64,000 nt of DNA from Vicugna vicugna (GCA_013265495.1 MU062032.1:62001-126000), one strand, 5' to 3'. Numbered from the stretch's first letter, positions 40,683 to 53,329 are shown. Program-made: numbers and translations. The notes: generated by a model not told the origin, from the letters alone.

Positions 40683-40878
40683 NNNNNNNNNNNNNNNNNN
40701 NNNNNNNNNNNNNNNNNNNNNNNNNNNNNNNNNNNNNNNNNNNNNNNNNNNNNNNNNNNNNNNNNNNNNNNNNNNNNNNNNNNNNNNNNNNNNNNNNNNN
40801 NNNNNNNNNNNNNNNNNNNNNNNNNNNNNNNNNNNNNNNNNNNNNNNNNNNNNNNNNNNNNNNNNNNNNNNNNNNNNN
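40683..40878. other. N gap (196 nt) inside L1
   Basis: Run of N. Confidence 0.99.
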
Positions 40879-41467
40879 GGCTCAGATCTTTGAGCCATTT
40901 CTGTTTGGGTCTTTTCTTATTGTTAACATTTTAAGAGTTCTTTGTATATTTTTATTACAAGTACTTTTATCAGGTAAGTGTTTTGCAAATATTTTCTCCC
41001 AGCCTATGGCGTGTCTTTTCATTTTTTTCAACATTATCTTTCATGGAGGAGAATTTTAAAATTTTAATGAAGTCTGATTTGTTAATTTTATCTTTCTTGA
41101 ATTATAATTTTGATGTAATGTGTACAAAAAATTAGTAAACTCAAATCATCTAGATTTTCTCCAATTTTATCTTCTAGAAATTTTATATTTTTGCATTTTA
41201 GAGTTTTTTGATCATTTTGAGCTAATTTTTGTGCAAGGTGTAAAGGTTTAGGGTCTGTATGTAGATTCTTTTTCCTCTTTTTTTGCATGTAGTTCAATTG
41301 TTCCAGGACCATTTGTTGAAAATACTATCCTTTCTCTACTGAATTGCCTTTGCGCCTAGTCAAAAGATCAAAGATTATATTTATACAATCTTTGGATTGT
41401 TTCTGGACTTTTTGTTCTGTTCCATGATGTACGTGTCAATTCTTTTGCTAAGACCACATTATCTTTA

Positions 41468-41649
41468 NNNNNNNNNNNNNNNNNNNNNNNNNNNNNNNNN
41501 NNNNNNNNNNNNNNNNNNNNNNNNNNNNNNNNNNNNNNNNNNNNNNNNNNNNNNNNNNNNNNNNNNNNNNNNNNNNNNNNNNNNNNNNNNNNNNNNNNNN
41601 NNNNNNNNNNNNNNNNNNNNNNNNNNNNNNNNNNNNNNNNNNNNNNNNN
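41468..41649. other. N gap (182 nt) inside L1
   Basis: Run of N. Confidence 0.99.
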
Positions 41650-43184
41650 TGTCTTAATGATGTCATCTTGTTCATGAACATGGAATATCTCAATTTATTT
41701 AGATCTTTAATTTCTTTCATCAGAATTTTATACTTTTCCTAATAAAGATCTTATATATATTTTGTTACATTTATACCTAAGCATTTCAATTTTTTTTGCT
41801 AGTATCAATGTTGTTTCATTTTAAATTTCAAGTTATAATTTTTTTATAGCTGGTATACAGGAAAGCAATTGACTTTTTTATATTGACCTATTTTTATCAG
41901 CCTATAATCTTGCTGTATCTGCTTATTAGTTCTTTTTTTGTCTAGTCTTTAAAATTTTCTAAATAGACAATAATATCTCCAAAGTAGAGACAGTTTTATT
42001 TCTTTCTTCCTAATCTAGATAGCTTTTACATCACTTTCTTAATACATTAGCTAGGACTTCTCCTATGATGGTAAATAACAGAGGTGGGAATGCATCTATT
42101 TTCTCACCATTAAGCATAAAGTTAGCGTCAGGTTTTCTGTAGATGTTCTTTATGAAATTGAGAAAATTCTTCTTTATTCCTAATATTCAGAGAATTTTTA
42201 TCATGAATGGGTACTGGATTTTGTCAAATCTTTTTTCCTACTTATATTTCTATTTATATTATGTATGATTTTCCTCCTCAACCTGTTGAGTGGTAGGTTT
42301 TATCAATAGATTTTCAAATACTGAACCAGTCCTGCAGACTTCAAATAAACCTCCTTGGTCATGGTGTATGATTCCTTTCATATACTGTTGGATTTGATTT
42401 GTTAATATTTTTTGCACCTTGGTCATAAAAAGATTAGTCTGTAGTTTTCCTTCTAAGTAATGTCTTTTCTGATTTTGTTATTTAAGTAATACTGGCCTCA
42501 GAATGAGTTTGAAAGTTTTCCCTCTGCTTTTTGAATTGACTTCTATCTTTTTTCATTTCCCTGCTAGGCATGATTTTCCCTGAGCCCAAAGGTACTGACA
42601 AAGGGTAGGGTGGGGCAGGAAGATGAGACTTGTAGACACAAGTAATCCTTAGGTGGGAAGATCAGCTACACTGAGAAGACCTCATAGTTTCTGTGTTGGT
42701 GATGTTATAGTCTATTGATAGCTAATCATTACTAGTAATGGCTAAACATGCAACATGCTTGTTCTAAAGGATCTTAACTATTTTATGAATAAAGACAGAG
42801 AAAGGTCTTTAAAACAATTATTGTAGCTATAAACCAAAGAAACAGTGTCCAGGTACACAGTAGGTAATAAAATACTGATTACACATTGACTTTGTAAGGT
42901 CTGGTTATGAATGTAAAGTACAATGCCACCAACAAATTTTCTTAAAATGGGAAGGAAATACTGTATTTAATGGTGTTTGAAAACAAAGTAAAAATACATA
43001 CTTTTTAATGTATTTGAATAGCATTTTAAAATCCCCTATACATTAGACTAAGACAAACCACCACTTTATTTTACTTCATTTCCAGATGTGAAAGATGAGG
43101 ATTGTAATCTTGCAGGATTTTTAACAGAACCAAATAAGATAAATTAATTAATATGTTTTCATCATCTATTATTTTAATTATTTC

Positions 43185-43328
43185 AGTGAATACAAAAATA
43201 AGTCAAACACAGCTCTTGCCTTCAAGTAGCTTGTACTTTAGAAAATGATAGAATGATTACAAATCATTCTGAAACAAAGCCTATTAGGATAAGTGACTTA
43301 AATAGGGTACAGACACAATGCTGCAGGG
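43185..43328 (-). mobile_element. L2 fragment
   Basis: GTGAATACAAAAATAAG...GCTCTTGCCTTCAAGTAGCTT. Confidence 0.45.
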
Positions 43329-43543
43329 CAAGGCTTAGCTAACTTTTACTGTCCTGGCTAGATTGTAAATATTTTTGTCTTTCAAGCTACAGTTTCTGCT
43401 GTAACTATTCACACCTGCTTTTGTAGCACAAACGCAGCCATAGATAACATGTAAAAGAAGGAGCATGGCTGTGTCCCAATAAATATTTATAAAAACTGGT
43501 GGCTGGCCAGGCTTGTTCCATGGCTATAATTTGCCAACCTCTG
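43329..43543 (+). mobile_element. MER58A (hAT-Charlie MITE)
   Basis: GCAGCCATAGATAACATGTAAA...ATGGCTGTGTCCCAATAAA...TTTGCCAACCTCTG; 8-bp TSD CTGCAGGG / CTCTAGGG (6/8 identical; the right copy fits NTCTAGRN). Confidence 0.85.
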
Positions 43544-46134
43544 CTCTAGGGTCTCAAAATAAAAAGAAAGAATATTGTGAAAAAGAGTTTTCAAATTACA
43601 AAGCTCTATTCAAATGTCAAGTTATTATTCATTGAGTTTATTGAAAACTGATACAGTGTCTAACTTGACGTTAATGCACAACTAATAGTCCCCGGCTGAT
43701 AAGCCAATTTGTTGCCAGGTGAATCAAGGGAGTTATAATAATTAAGGGTAATAAACCACATTCATCCTTTTCTTAAAGGAAAGGGAAGAGGAAATACATC
43801 CTTCATATTTCTTTTATCTTTTTCAAAGGGCTTTATCTTCCCAAGAGTTTAGCAGATTTTAAATACATCTTTGTCACTTCTCCCTGATGAACTTGGGGAT
43901 TTAATCTAATTCCCAGCTTAATATGAGAACCTCCTATCCCCTCTCCCCCTCCCCACCTCTGTTAATCGCACTTGAATCCTAATTCTTCCTGGTGCTAACA
44001 TCAGGAGTTATGAGTTTTGAAAGCTCAGCCAACAGCACCTCAATTTGGCAAGTCTCCCCATATTTTAACTCTACTTTTTTTCTCTTTCTCTTTCTCACTC
44101 ATTCGAGTAACTTATGTTACTAATGTAACTCATTTAAGTCTGTCTTTAAAACTAAATTTCCATTTTTCACAGTTCAGGAAGTAGGTCTTCTGTCTCTCAT
44201 ATTTGGAGCTAAGTAGATGACTTTTAGCTTCTCAGTGGAACATTATATTTCATCATGAGACTAAACAGCTGCAGGGTCTTGAACTTGAGGGGTTTGCCCA
44301 CCACAGTGGTCTCTATGGCAATCCACTGTCTACCATTCTAGTCTCAAATTTGGCTCCTGGAGCCACAAATCTGTCTTAACATCTTACACATCTTGACAAT
44401 TACTTCCTGTAACATATGCAGAGTAGACATGCAAAATGTTGGCAACCTATTTACCCCACAGCGGAAATCATTAGCACACAAGTGGTTTCAACCCAAGTTA
44501 CTCATGTTTTTCACTCACTATAATTAACATTATTTAATTGTTTCTGTCCCTTTAGATGCAGTTTATTTGAAAATGATTACTATTGTTCCAAAACAACAAA
44601 AGCTTTGCAAGGAGTTCATATGTGAACAGCAGCAGAAACTTTCATTGCTATGTTAATTACCCCATGCAGAACTTCAGGATTTAAGAAATCTTTTCATACT
44701 GTTCTTAAAAGCATCCGTATTACTAAGAATAGGTGTTCTCACCTCTTTAAGAAGGTCTATCTGCATGCATCTTATATTTATTGCTTCTTACTTTATATCA
44801 TCTTCCCAGATTTATTTCAAATATCAAATGTTTTTCAACTAATGTAAAATAAGAATCAGTAACCTAGTTTACAATTTTTTACTTGGTGATTTTTCACTAA
44901 TATTTTTCATTATTTTAAGAGCTTTATTTCTGCCAGACAGCTAGGTGAAGTTCTGCAATCCATACCTCATACTTGACATTCCAATTCTGCAGAGTAAATT
45001 TAATGCCTACTCTCCTATCACTAACTGATTATAATCTCTTAGTGGGTAGGAACCGGAGCTTAATTTTCTATGTGCAGCTCTCAGATGGCAACAAGTTCAG
45101 AGATTCACCAAACATATTTGCAGAGTGATAAATAGTTTTTGTAGCAAAATGCTCAGTAAAGTGAAAAATTATCAATTTTATCCCATCTTAAGTTCAGAGA
45201 GAGAAGGAACTAATAGAAGATGCATGTGTAGTAGTCTTGGTCCTGAGGCAAAGAGAGTCTCCTTGCCTGCACAGATTATAAAAAATAATCACGTGGGCAT
45301 CACCGTGGTATATGCACCATCCTGATAATAAAATTGGAAATCATGTTCCACGAGGAATATTTACTGCTCTAGCACAGGAATTTTGAACTTCTTAACTGGG
45401 AAGTAGGCTCAAAAAGCCTGTTAAAAGTTCTTTAAGTCTTAGCTAATGAGTCACATTTAAGTAAAGGGTACTCTTACCTTCACTGTAAAAACTAAAAAAT
45501 GCTCAGAATTATTGAACTTGTGACTCTGGGCATGTTGGCCAGTTCTCTATGGCAGAAATATATCAAATGCATACAATGTAAACCAACTACAGTATCAGAA
45601 CTCACAGAACAGCGCAGGGGCTGTGGGGAGAGAAATGGCCGGACGACTTTGTTTCATAACTTAAATAAGTTATTTATTTGGGGGGGCCTTGTTTTCCACA
45701 TTTTCCCTTTTGTCTCTGCTTCTCTTTTTCTTTATTTAAGAATTTACACATTTTAATTGAATGTCTCCAAATAGGAAAATGATGCAAAGAATTGAATTTT
45801 ATCATCATAAAATTATAGAACTTCGGGGGGAGGAATAGACCAGAGAAGCATTCATTAATAGTTTCTTATTTTTGATAAGTACAAATTTGTGTATATTAGG
45901 ATTATAATTAATGGCAGAATGATTTAGGCATGTCATTTGGATTTGAGAATTTTTATCTTAGCACAATGATTAGAGATATAAATTAGTCTACTTTGTTAGA
46001 ATCAGCTAGTTATTAACAAATTATAAACTTTTTACTATTAACTTTCATGAATATTTATTAACTTGTTACTAGTAGGGACAATGAGCTGAATTAGTCATAT
46101 ACTACCCTCAAAGAGCTTGTAAGTAGTATATGTG

Positions 46135-47985
46135 AGTTCCATTGTCCCATATTTTTGCCAACACTTGGTATGGTCTGTTTTTTAAAATTATAATATACTA
46201 ATAGATATGTAGAGGTATCTTATTATGTTTTTTAAATTTAGATTTCCCTAATGAGTAACGATGATAAGCATTTTTTGTGTGCTTATTTGCAATTATTTTA
46301 CTTCCTTTGGTCTGTTCATATCATTTGCCTATTTTTTATTGAGTTCTTTCTTATTATTAAGCTTTGAGCATACTTTATACATTACTTATGTAAGTCCTTT
46401 ATCAGGTTTGTGGTTTTAAAATGTATTACCAAGTACAGACCTTGTCATTTCATTCTCTTAATGGTGTCTTTTGAAAGCAGAAGTTCTTAATTTTCATGAA
46501 GCCATTTTCTAATTTTTTTAAAAATGGATCATGCTTGCATGTAAGCAATCATTTCTGATCAAGATTGCAGAAGCTTTTTACTGTTTTATTATAGAAGTTT
46601 TATAAGGTCTTTCATGTATGTCCATAATATGTTTGGAGTTCAGTTCTGTAGATGATGAGAGGTAGTAAACAAAGTTCAACTTGGTATATAGATATCCAAT
46701 TATTCTAGCACCATTTGACAAAAAGACTGCCCTTTTTCACTGATGTGCTTTTGCAGCTTTTTCAAAAGTCAATTGACAATATAAGTGTGAGTCTGCTTTT
46801 GCACTTTCTGTTTGGTTCCCTTCATGTATTTGTCCCTATTGATGTCAGTACCACCCTGTCTTGATATTGTAACTTTATAATGATTTAGGAGTCAGGTAGT
46901 CTGACTTCTCCCACTTTGTTTTTCTTTCTCAAAGTTGCTTTGTCTATTTTGGTTCCTTTGTCTTTCTATATAAATTTTAGAAAAGCTTACCTGTATCTAA
47001 AAAAAAGACTGCTGCAATATTATTGGGAACGTGTTGTATCTATAGATCAAATCAGGGAGAATTAACGTCTTAACAATATTGAATTTTCTAATTAATGAAT
47101 AAGTATATTCTCTAATTATTTAGGTCTAATTTCTCTCAGCAGTGTTTTGTCATTTTCAGCATATAAGTTTTATACATCTTTCACTGGACTTTTAACTGAG
47201 AATTGAATATTTTGAAACTATTATAAATGGTATTTTAAAAATTTTAATTTCCAGTTTTTCATTGATCTTGGTAGTGACCTTGTATTTTACAGTCTTGTTA
47301 AAATTTTATTAGTTCCAATAGGTCTTTTGTAAATTCAGTTGGATTTCCTATGTAGATGATCATATCATCTGAGAAAAAGGCTAGTTTACTTCTTTCATTC
47401 CAACCTTGATGCAATCTACTTATTAGACTTACCCTATTAAACTGATTAGAACAGCAAGTAAGACGTTTAACAGAAGAGATGAGAACAGACATCCCTGCCT
47501 TGTTGCTGATCTCTGGGCGAAAGCATTTAGTCTTTTACCTTTAAGTATGATCTTAGCTGTAGGTTTTTCATAATACCCTTTAAAAGGTTGAGCAAGTTCT
47601 CCTCTCTTCCTAGCTTGCCAAGAGTTTTTATTAGGAATAGATTTGGAATGTTGTCAAAATCTTATTTTGCACCTAGTGAGATGATCATATAGTTCTACTT
47701 TTTTAGTCTGTTAATACAGTGAAATACACTGATTTTCTAATGTAAAACCTACTTTTCACTCCTGGATAAATCACATTTGACCATAAAATAACATCTTTTT
47801 ATATACTGTTATATACATTTAATACTTTGCTAATTTTTCAAAGAATTTTTGCAACTGTGTTCATGAGGAAAAATTTTTTCCTTTGAAATATTTTTGTCTG
47901 TTTGATATCAGAATAAGGTTGACCCTTTAGAATAAGTTGAGAAGTATTTTTCCCCTTTAATTTTTCTGGGACATTTTGTATAGAA
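46135..47985 (-). mobile_element. Old L1M ORF2 fragment (C-terminus back to start of RT)
   Basis: Antisense L1 ORF2 nucleotide signature throughout, with many stops. Confidence 0.85.
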
Positions 47986-48822
47986 GTATAGAAAAATCGA
48001 TAGAATTAAAAGTTTAAAAAAAATTTTTATGTTAACAAAGGTGACAAACCTTTAGCTGCCCTGACTGAGAAAATAAGATGACTCAAATGAGGAATGACTT
48101 TAAAATCAGAGATAAAACTTTTCAGATGAAAAGGATTATAAGGGAACTACAAACAATTGTATGCCAACAAATTAGACAACTTGAATAAAACAGACAAAAT
48201 CCTATAAAGACATAAATAACTGAAACTGACTCAAAATAAATAGAAAATCTGAATAGACCTGTAACATGATTAGATTAGTAACTGAAAAATTTCCCAGAAG
48301 AAAATCCCAGGCCCTGGTGAATCCTACAAAACATTTAAAGAAATAACTCTAATCCTTCACAAACTCTTTCAAAGAATAAAAGAGGAGCAACCATTTCCCA
48401 ACTTATTCTATTAGCCCAGTATTTCCTTAATACAAAACCAGACCACAATATTACAATGAAAGAAAACTACAGACCAACATTTATCTCAGCGATATGTAAA
48501 AGGTATACATCATGAGCAGGTAGGATTTATTCCAGGAATACAAGATTACTTAATATCTGATAATCCATCAGTGTAATATCATATTATGAGAAAAAGGGAC
48601 CAAAAACCTATGATCACGTTAATAGATGCAGAAAAAAAGGCTTGCCAATATCCAACACTCCTACATAATAAAAATGTAATAATAATGGAGAGAACTTTAA
48701 CCAGGAGCATTACAAAAACCCCACAGCTAACAATATTGTTACTGGTGAAAAAATTAATGGTTTTCCCCAAGGATCAAGAAGTAACAGGTATGCCTGCTCT
48801 CAACACTTCTTATTCAACACTG
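47986..48822 (+). mobile_element. Old L1M ORF2 fragment (linker to RT)
   Basis: Remnants such as MITLIDAEKKA (cf. ISIDAEKAFD), AAAGAAAACTACAGACCA (KENYRP) and TTATTCAACACTGTA (cf. LLFNIVL). Confidence 0.88.
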
Positions 48823-49540
48823 TAGTCCATTTTGTGGATACACATTTTATCCAACCATTCATCAGTTAATGGATATTTCAGTTGTTTATATTTTTGGCTA
48901 TTACCATCATTTTCCCAAGGGTTGGTTGGACACGTTTTCATTTCTCTTGGGTTTATAGCTAGCGGTGGAATTATTGGGTCATATGGTATATCTATGTTTA
49001 ACTCTTTGAGTAACTGACAAACTTTTCCAAAGTGGCTGCCTCTTCACATCCCCACCAACAATGTATGAAGGTACCAATTCGTCCATACCCTTACCACATT
49101 CTTGTGAGTGTAAAGTGGAATCTCACGGTGGTTTTGATTTGTCCTTGCCTAATGGCTAATGACATTGAGCACTTTTTCATGTGCCTATTGATCATGTGTA
49201 TACCTTCTTTGAAAAAATGTCTCTTCCGATCCATTATCTATTTTTAATTGGAATATTTATCTGTTTATTATTGAGTTGTAAGAGTTTCTATATATTGTTA
49301 TATGTTCTCAAATACTTTGGATTCAAATCCCTCATCAGATATGTGATTTGCAAATATTTTCTCTGTCTGTGAATTGTCTTTTTATTTTCTTTAATGGTAT
49401 GATTTGTAGCATGAGAATTTTTAGTCTGTATTAAGTCCAATTTAGCTATTTTCTTCTATTACCATTTTTGCTGTAATATCTAACAAATCATCACCTAACT
49501 CAAGGTAATGAAGATTTATGCCTGTTTTCTTCTGAATGTT
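48823..49540 (-). mobile_element. L1M 3' UTR / ORF2 C-terminal fragment
   Basis: CACATCCCCACCAACAATGTATGAAGG...GACATTGAGCACTTTTTCATGTG. Confidence 0.85.
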
Positions 49541-50669
49541 GATAAATGAATTAATAACAATTTAGGTCAAATTGTTATTTGTTGAAGTGGAAGGACTAGG
49601 TGGTTTCTTGATAGTAATGAAGTAGAAAGACATCATTAAGACTCATAAATGATACAACTCTAAGAAGGAAAAAAATGAGTCAAAGAAAGTCCTTAGATAC
49701 ATATTAAATAAAATTAAAACATATAAACATAAGTATACGTTGGAAGAGAATTTTTTCTACAAGGTGGGCCAACTTTTATATTTAAAATTAGAGGTAACAC
49801 TATTAAGGCTATACTATTATGTTTATTAAGGAAATAATCCATTTAATAATTTATTTTAAAAACAGTTGTTTAACCTAATTTAGACAAAGAAACCAACTGA
49901 TAGATATGTTATACTTATCAACTGGTCATTTAATACATAAAGCTGTCCTTACTCTATCCAAAACATTTAGGGTGAGCAGAAAAGAATATTAATTAATAGG
50001 TAGCAAATAAAACTGACATGGATAATTATTTTTTCCCGAAGATTATTTTATGGAATCAGTTGACCCAATTGACCAGTTGCTTTGCAATCTGAATGACAAA
50101 ACTAAATCTAATGAATAGGTCTCAGAAATGCAGACATTTAATTAACTGATGTTATTATTCTGTGTTGTTCTTATGTTTTGAGAAAAGAAACATAATTGAC
50201 TCGGGAATACCAAAAATCTTACTATGTTAATTCAACTTAACTCATTTTTCTATCATATTAGAGACATCCAGCAAATATATATAATTTCTAATACTAGAGA
50301 AGGAATGAGAATCAAACATTTCGAGTTATCTTTTGGGCTTAGAGAAAACTTTTCACACATACAGGAAATAATGCCACCAACACATAATTGGGAAATCTCT
50401 GTAACGTAGATTTAAAAGGTAGGGGGGCGGAAATTCAGAAGCTTTTTTGAATTCCACAATGGAATAAATTGCCTTGGTACGGCAGAAACTAATTAGAGCA
50501 TTTTCAACGCTGTAAGGGCACTCCTATAAATAAACACATGGATCCACCCATATTCACATTTTATGGCCTTCCTTCAAAATGACGGTGTTACCGAGCTGGG
50601 CTCTTGGACTCCTTAACTATAAACTTACTAGAGGCCACCCCAGAACTTCAGGCAAGGCTTGACTGGGTT

Positions 50670-51160
50670 TGCACGGGAGCCGCGTTAGCTACAGCGCCTC
50701 AGGTGCAGACGCTTGCTCTAAAGCTCAGGTCCCGCCCGTAAGTCTGGCGAGGGAGGCGTGGCCCACAGATCTCGCGGGAAGTGCGTCCTGCGCAGGCCGC
50801 TTGGCCTCGCCACGGGCGGCGGCGCCAGGCCCCACCCTTCACGAAGGGGCTGTACGCAGTGTGCGGGGAGCATGCGCAGTCCCCGGCCTTTCTGCCGGCA
50901 CCTCAAACATGGCGGAGACGCTCACGCGCGCCACTCCAGGAAAGTCCTATAGAGGTCAATATTGTCCTTAACTGAGAGTGCCCAAAGGCTGGACTGTCTG
51001 ACCGCAAGCTGTCTCTGTGTTCTTGTCAAAAGAGGACGTTTCGCCTCCTGGTCGTCTGTGGTGAGTCAGCTTCCCTTCTGTTTCGGGAGGCACTGTTCAG
51101 GGGGCAGTTGTGTTGGCAGGTGACTCCGGGTCCCAGGCTATCTCCATAGACTGTGCCGAA
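50670..51160. promoter_or_regulatory. CpG island, probable Pol II promoter (likely + strand or bidirectional)
   Basis: The only GC/CpG-dense segment in 64 kb. Motifs: TCCCGCCC GC-box/E2F (50730), TCTCGCGGGAA BANP/E2F-like (50770), TGCGCAGGC (50789) and GCATGCGCA (50870) NRF1-like, AAACATGGCGG YY1 (50905-50915), and splice donor GTG|GTGAGT at 51060/51061. Confidence 0.85.
50909..50971 (+). other. Candidate uORF/sORF, 20 aa (MAETLTRATPGKSYRGQYCP)
   Basis: AACATGG Kozak context (A at -3, G at +4) inside the CpG island; TAA at 50969-50971. Translation is not demonstrated. Confidence 0.3.
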
Positions 51161-51439
51161 CGTTATGCTCACATGTCTCCTGAATCTCACTATCTTAAAG
51201 GTTCAGGCAATTTCCTGCTTCAGAATTTCTAAAACTTGCATTTTTGTCCTCTCTGGACCCGAAAACCATATATGCATAAATACATATAATCTCCTAGTTT
51301 CGTGTTACCTTGGACTCTTTCAGTAGTTACATACCAGGGAATAGAATGGAAAAAGGATGCAATAACAAGAGAGTGAACTCGTAACAAAAAAGCAAGAGAT
51401 CATTTCTACCTAAAGGAACACCTGTTTATTCACCTAGAA

Positions 51440-51820
51440 CACAGGTTGTGAAATGGTGATGTCCAGGTCCAATCTATCCTCCAGTATGTTTCTAGTCCTC
51501 TGTGTGAGTGTGTGTGTGTGTGTGTATGCACACGCACGCACAGAAGGATTTAAATTATTTTGAGTTGTTTGCCAACATTTGAAAAGCAGAGTGTTTCACA
51601 TGAATATCCAAGTTCCTGGCGTCTTTTGAAAAACTGGAAGATCTGGAAACAGAAACCTAAATCCCTGAAGGCACCCATGGGCTAGCCAGCTCTCAGCAGC
51701 AGGAGCACTTCCTCAGATAAGGCCTGAGCCTTACTGCTCAGCTTGCTGCTGAATCCATCTTGTCTACTTCACTCGTTTCTATTCCCTGCCTGACCTCTGA
51801 GCATTTGGGTTTGCATCTGT
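51440..51820 (+). mobile_element. MER102 (hAT-Charlie)
   Basis: TTGCCAACATTTGAAAAGCAGAGTGTTTCACATGAATATCCAAG...AAAAACTGGAAGATCTGG...GCATTTGGGTTTGC. Confidence 0.75.
51501..51542. repeat. (TG)n/(CA,CG)n compound microsatellite
   Basis: TGTGTGAGTGTGTGTGTGTGTGTGTATGCACACGCACGCACA. Confidence 0.92.
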
Positions 51821-53329
51821 TTCTTTTTTTTAGAACCAAATGAACTGTTTTCCTCTGTTTTATAGGCAGCAATTCTCTCAGCATTCAATTAAAATAAATT
51901 ACAAGCCTAGAAGCAATCTGTTTTTGAGAAATGAAAAGAAATTTTTAATAATTGCTTTCACAGTTAATGTGTAATCACTGAGTAAATTATTGCTGTGCTT
52001 AAGGCTTCTTTAGGACCCTGTTCAGGAAGGAATGTAGAAAGCCATTCTTGTTTTCCTATGAATTGTTGAAACAGCCTCAATTTCGTGTATTGGGCAAAAC
52101 GAGAAAAGCAATATGTATTTTTGTCGTTTTGAACAGGATGACAAAAAACAAATGAAAGCAGGTGTGTAAACAGCAGTAGGAAGTAATGAAAAACAAGGTC
52201 TCTAAGATCACAAAGGCCAGTGTTATTTAATGATGGCCTGGAGCAGCAACTGGAAAACTTCTCTCATAGTCATTGTGTCTCTAGGCTTTAGCATTCATTT
52301 TCCCTTAGGAATTAATTTTTTAAAAAAGTATGAAAGGCTTTCTCCCTTTCCATGGACACTTTGAAGTAGCTTGCACAGAGTATGGGACGTAATAGAGAGC
52401 AGTGATCCTGGCTGAAATGTAAAATCAAAACGTGCTTTTGAACGTAATATAGTTCTGCAGGAACTGCAAGCCATAAAGTTGAAAACGCCTCTGTTTATGG
52501 AATATATCTTTCACATTGAAGAGAAATTCTAGATCCCAGGAAAATCTTTGAAGGATATTAGATTTAAAGATCCTAAGCTCTCCTCAGAAGCTTTACAACA
52601 TCAACCTTTCTCAAAGTTTTGATCTGAAATCAGTTAAACCTCTTGAGGTAGAAATTTCATTGACACTGAAAAAAGCAAGCAAAATAAAATGCAGGTAGGT
52701 GCTAATTGAGGACAAGTGTAATTGAAGTTCACTGACCTTTACTCCTGAAGGTCCCAAGAATGCACAGCTGCAGGCATAACTGCATGAAGTACTGGGTACT
52801 TTGGTTATGCAAACACATATCATGGAGTGAGATTGCCTTGAAAAAGTGTACAAGTAATATCCAGGCAAGGGTCATGAGAACGGGTTTTAAAAGATTCTCC
52901 CCCTTTGGCATTATAAACGTATATTCCTTGTTTCATTCTTCTGTCATTTAACTTCTAGGCTTCAAAAAATTCCTCTGTTAAATTAATATAATGATAATAA
53001 AATGCTTTCTCATGAACTGACACTTTAAAAGGACATAAACAATTGATAGGAAAACCTGCACATTCTGAAGGCACAAACAGAAGTGGCTTGAAACGATCAG
53101 AATAATGTCCAATGGACCAAAACCCCTAGTGACCTGTTTAATACCTATATTAGCCACAAACACCAAAAAGAGTGTCTTTATCATCTAACCAGGAAAATCA
53201 ATAAGGAAAGTAATAGGCTTATTGTTGGGAAAGATGAGAAAAGATATCAAAGGGGGTCAAACAACTCGCTCAGCTCCTTACTTTGATGTAAGAAAAAGAC
53301 CTTCAAACTTTTGATCAAATAATGTTAGG

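Larger units (their letters stand above)
39945..42525 (-). mobile_element. L1MC (L1MC1/2-like) 3' ~2.6 kb, decayed ORF2
   Basis: Diagnostic AGGGTTCACTCTTTGTCTTGCACAGTTCTCTGGGTTT 3' UTR block, then antisense ORF2 remnants (e.g. IGLLYNPTVTLLGIYSNALKT). Confidence 0.87.

Noticed and set aside
38871-41720. ORFs of 62-141 aa around 39-41.7 kb
   Set aside because: They are inflated by N runs or are L1 ORF2 remnants.
50669-50975. 60-100 aa ORFs across the CpG island
   Set aside because: GC-rich DNA is poor in stop codons; the Ala/Arg/Pro-rich peptides are unfamiliar and most starts are non-ATG.
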